A stretch of DNA of 32,000 nt from Desulfobulbus propionicus DSM 2032 (GTDB lineage: Bacteria > Desulfobacterota > Desulfobulbia > Desulfobulbales > Desulfobulbaceae): NCBI RefSeq assembly GCF_000186885.1, contig NC_014972.1:3360001-3392000 (forward strand), given 5' to 3'. This document shows, one piece after another, positions 30,611 through 32,000 of the stretch; position 1 is the first letter of the stretch, and each line of letters opens with the position of its first letter. A model generated the notes under the pieces. That model was not told where the DNA came from. It ran no database searches and was given only the letters and a program-made list of their open reading frames with translations. The position numbers and the translations under genes were made by a program.

Positions 30611-32000
30611 TGGACACGGAGCATGACATTCTGGACGACGATTTGGGGCCTGAAGGGTTTCCCGGTTCCAGTCGGCCGAGGTGGAACGGCGCACTTTCCG
30701 AGGTTGAAGATGACTGGGCGGTGCGCAACGGTATCGAGCGCCGATCCTCCTTCGACCGCCGTGCTGGCGAGGATCGTCGCAGCGGCGACCGCCGGGGCAT
30801 GGGCAGCAGCATCGACCCCATGAATATCTATCTGCGTGAGATGGGGAACCAGCGACTGCTCAAGCACGAGGAGGAGATGGAACTGGCCCGCATGGTCGAG
30901 GAAGGGGAAACCCGCATTCAATCGGCGGTGCTGCGGCTGACGCTGGGCATCACCGCCCTCAACGATCTAGCGGAAAACCTGCTGCGCGGCAATGTGCGGA
31001 TCAATTCCGTCATCCGGGGGCTTTCCGACAACGACGAGAAGGAACTGACCGCTATGCGCGACGCCTTTCTCGACCAGGTGGAAAAAGCCAACGAACTGGA
31101 TGGCAAGCGGCGGGAGTTGTTCCTGGAGCTCAAAAAAACCGCGGGCAACGAGGCTAGGGAACGGCAGCTCGTCGATGAAATTCTCAAGGTGGGCGAGGCG
31201 ATCTCGGCGCTGTTCCGCGACTACCGGATGTGCTCCAAAGGCATCCTCTCCGTGGCCGATGCAGTCAAGGAACTGGCGCAGAAATTCAACAAGGTCCGGG
31301 TGGTTGCCCGACAGCAGGAACTGCTGCTGGCGGCCCGCCATCATCAGCTGGACGATGAACAGGGCCAGATCCGACCGGCCGAGGTGGAGCAGCGCGTGAC
31401 CCTGGAACTGGCCGAGACCATCGGCATCTCCTGGCCCGCGTTTATCGAGGTGCAACAGGAGATCGAAATCGGAAGGGAAACCGCCCGCCAGGCCAAGGAA
31501 ACCCTGGTGCGGGCCAATTTGCGCCTGGTGATTTCGGTCTCGAAAAAATTCATGAACCGGGGCATGCAGCTGCCCGACCTGATCCAGGAAGGCAACATCG
31601 GCCTGATGAAGGCAGTGGAAAAATATGACTACAAACGCGGCTATAAATTTTCCACCTATGCGACCTGGTGGATTCGCCAGGCCGTGACCCGCGGAATTGC
31701 CGACCAGGGCCGGACCATCCGCCTGCCGGTGCACATGATCGAGACCATCAACCGCATGCTCCGCTTTTCCAAGGACTTTCAGCGCATCGAGAGCCGCGAG
31801 CCCACGCCCGAGGAGATGGCCAAGCAGCTGGGGACGGATGTGGAAAAAGTCCAGGTGGCCCTAAAAACCGCCAAGGACGCCATTTCGCTCGACGCGCCGG
31901 TGAATGACGAGGAAGACACCCTGCTTAGCGATTTCATCGAAGACCATGCCCATCCGGACCCGCAGGAGCATTCGATCACCGAAAGTCTCAAACGTTGCCT
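30611..32000 (+). CDS. rpoD: RNA polymerase primary sigma factor (RpoD/sigma70), 3' truncated by window edge
   Basis: [21 protein letters not shown]...; region 1.2 [32 protein letters not shown]; region 2 [80 protein letters not shown]. Confidence 0.95.

Noticed and set aside
1-32000. CRISPR array, retron, toxin-antitoxin or defence system
   Set aside because: I found no regularly spaced direct repeats, reverse transcriptase, nuclease or toxin motifs. Most of the window is explained by conserved housekeeping genes, so I do not claim a novel multi-gene system.

Overview
This 32 kb window is mostly a conserved bacterial housekeeping region. Its gene content and phrasing resemble a Desulfobulbaceae-like deltaproteobacterium, but that is inference from protein text only. 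In order it holds: the 3' end of a FadL/OmpP1-type outer-membrane protein (+); an M50 site-2 protease homologue and a large DHH-CBS-CBS-tRNA nucleotidyltransferase fusion (-); tRNA-Gly(CCC); the rimP-nusA-ylxR-infB-rbfA-nrnA-truB-rpsO-pnp-dut cluster; an MBL-fold hydrolase and a PAS sensor kinase (+); xerC/D-type recombinase and rpsU (-); ddl (+) and serS (-); a divergent TatC-like gene, an FtsB/DivIC-like gene, a family-4 UDG-like gene and upp (+); small uncharacterised ORFs; a divergent diadenylate-cyclase-domain protein (+); an uncharacterised ORF (-); dnaG; and the 5' part of rpoD (+), which is cut by the window edge. I see no CRISPR array, transposon, prophage or clear defence island. The points most worth a second look are: a 480-aa protein with a diadenylate cyclase-like C-terminus carrying DGA but RYN instead of RHR; a TatC-like protein that seems to lack the canonical signal-peptide-binding loop; a UDG-like protein with a rewritten first motif; a 74-aa duplicated-Cys-motif protein with a strong SD; an imperfect inverted repeat between rpsO and pnp; and an Arg/Asp-rich tract in the N-terminus of RpoD.
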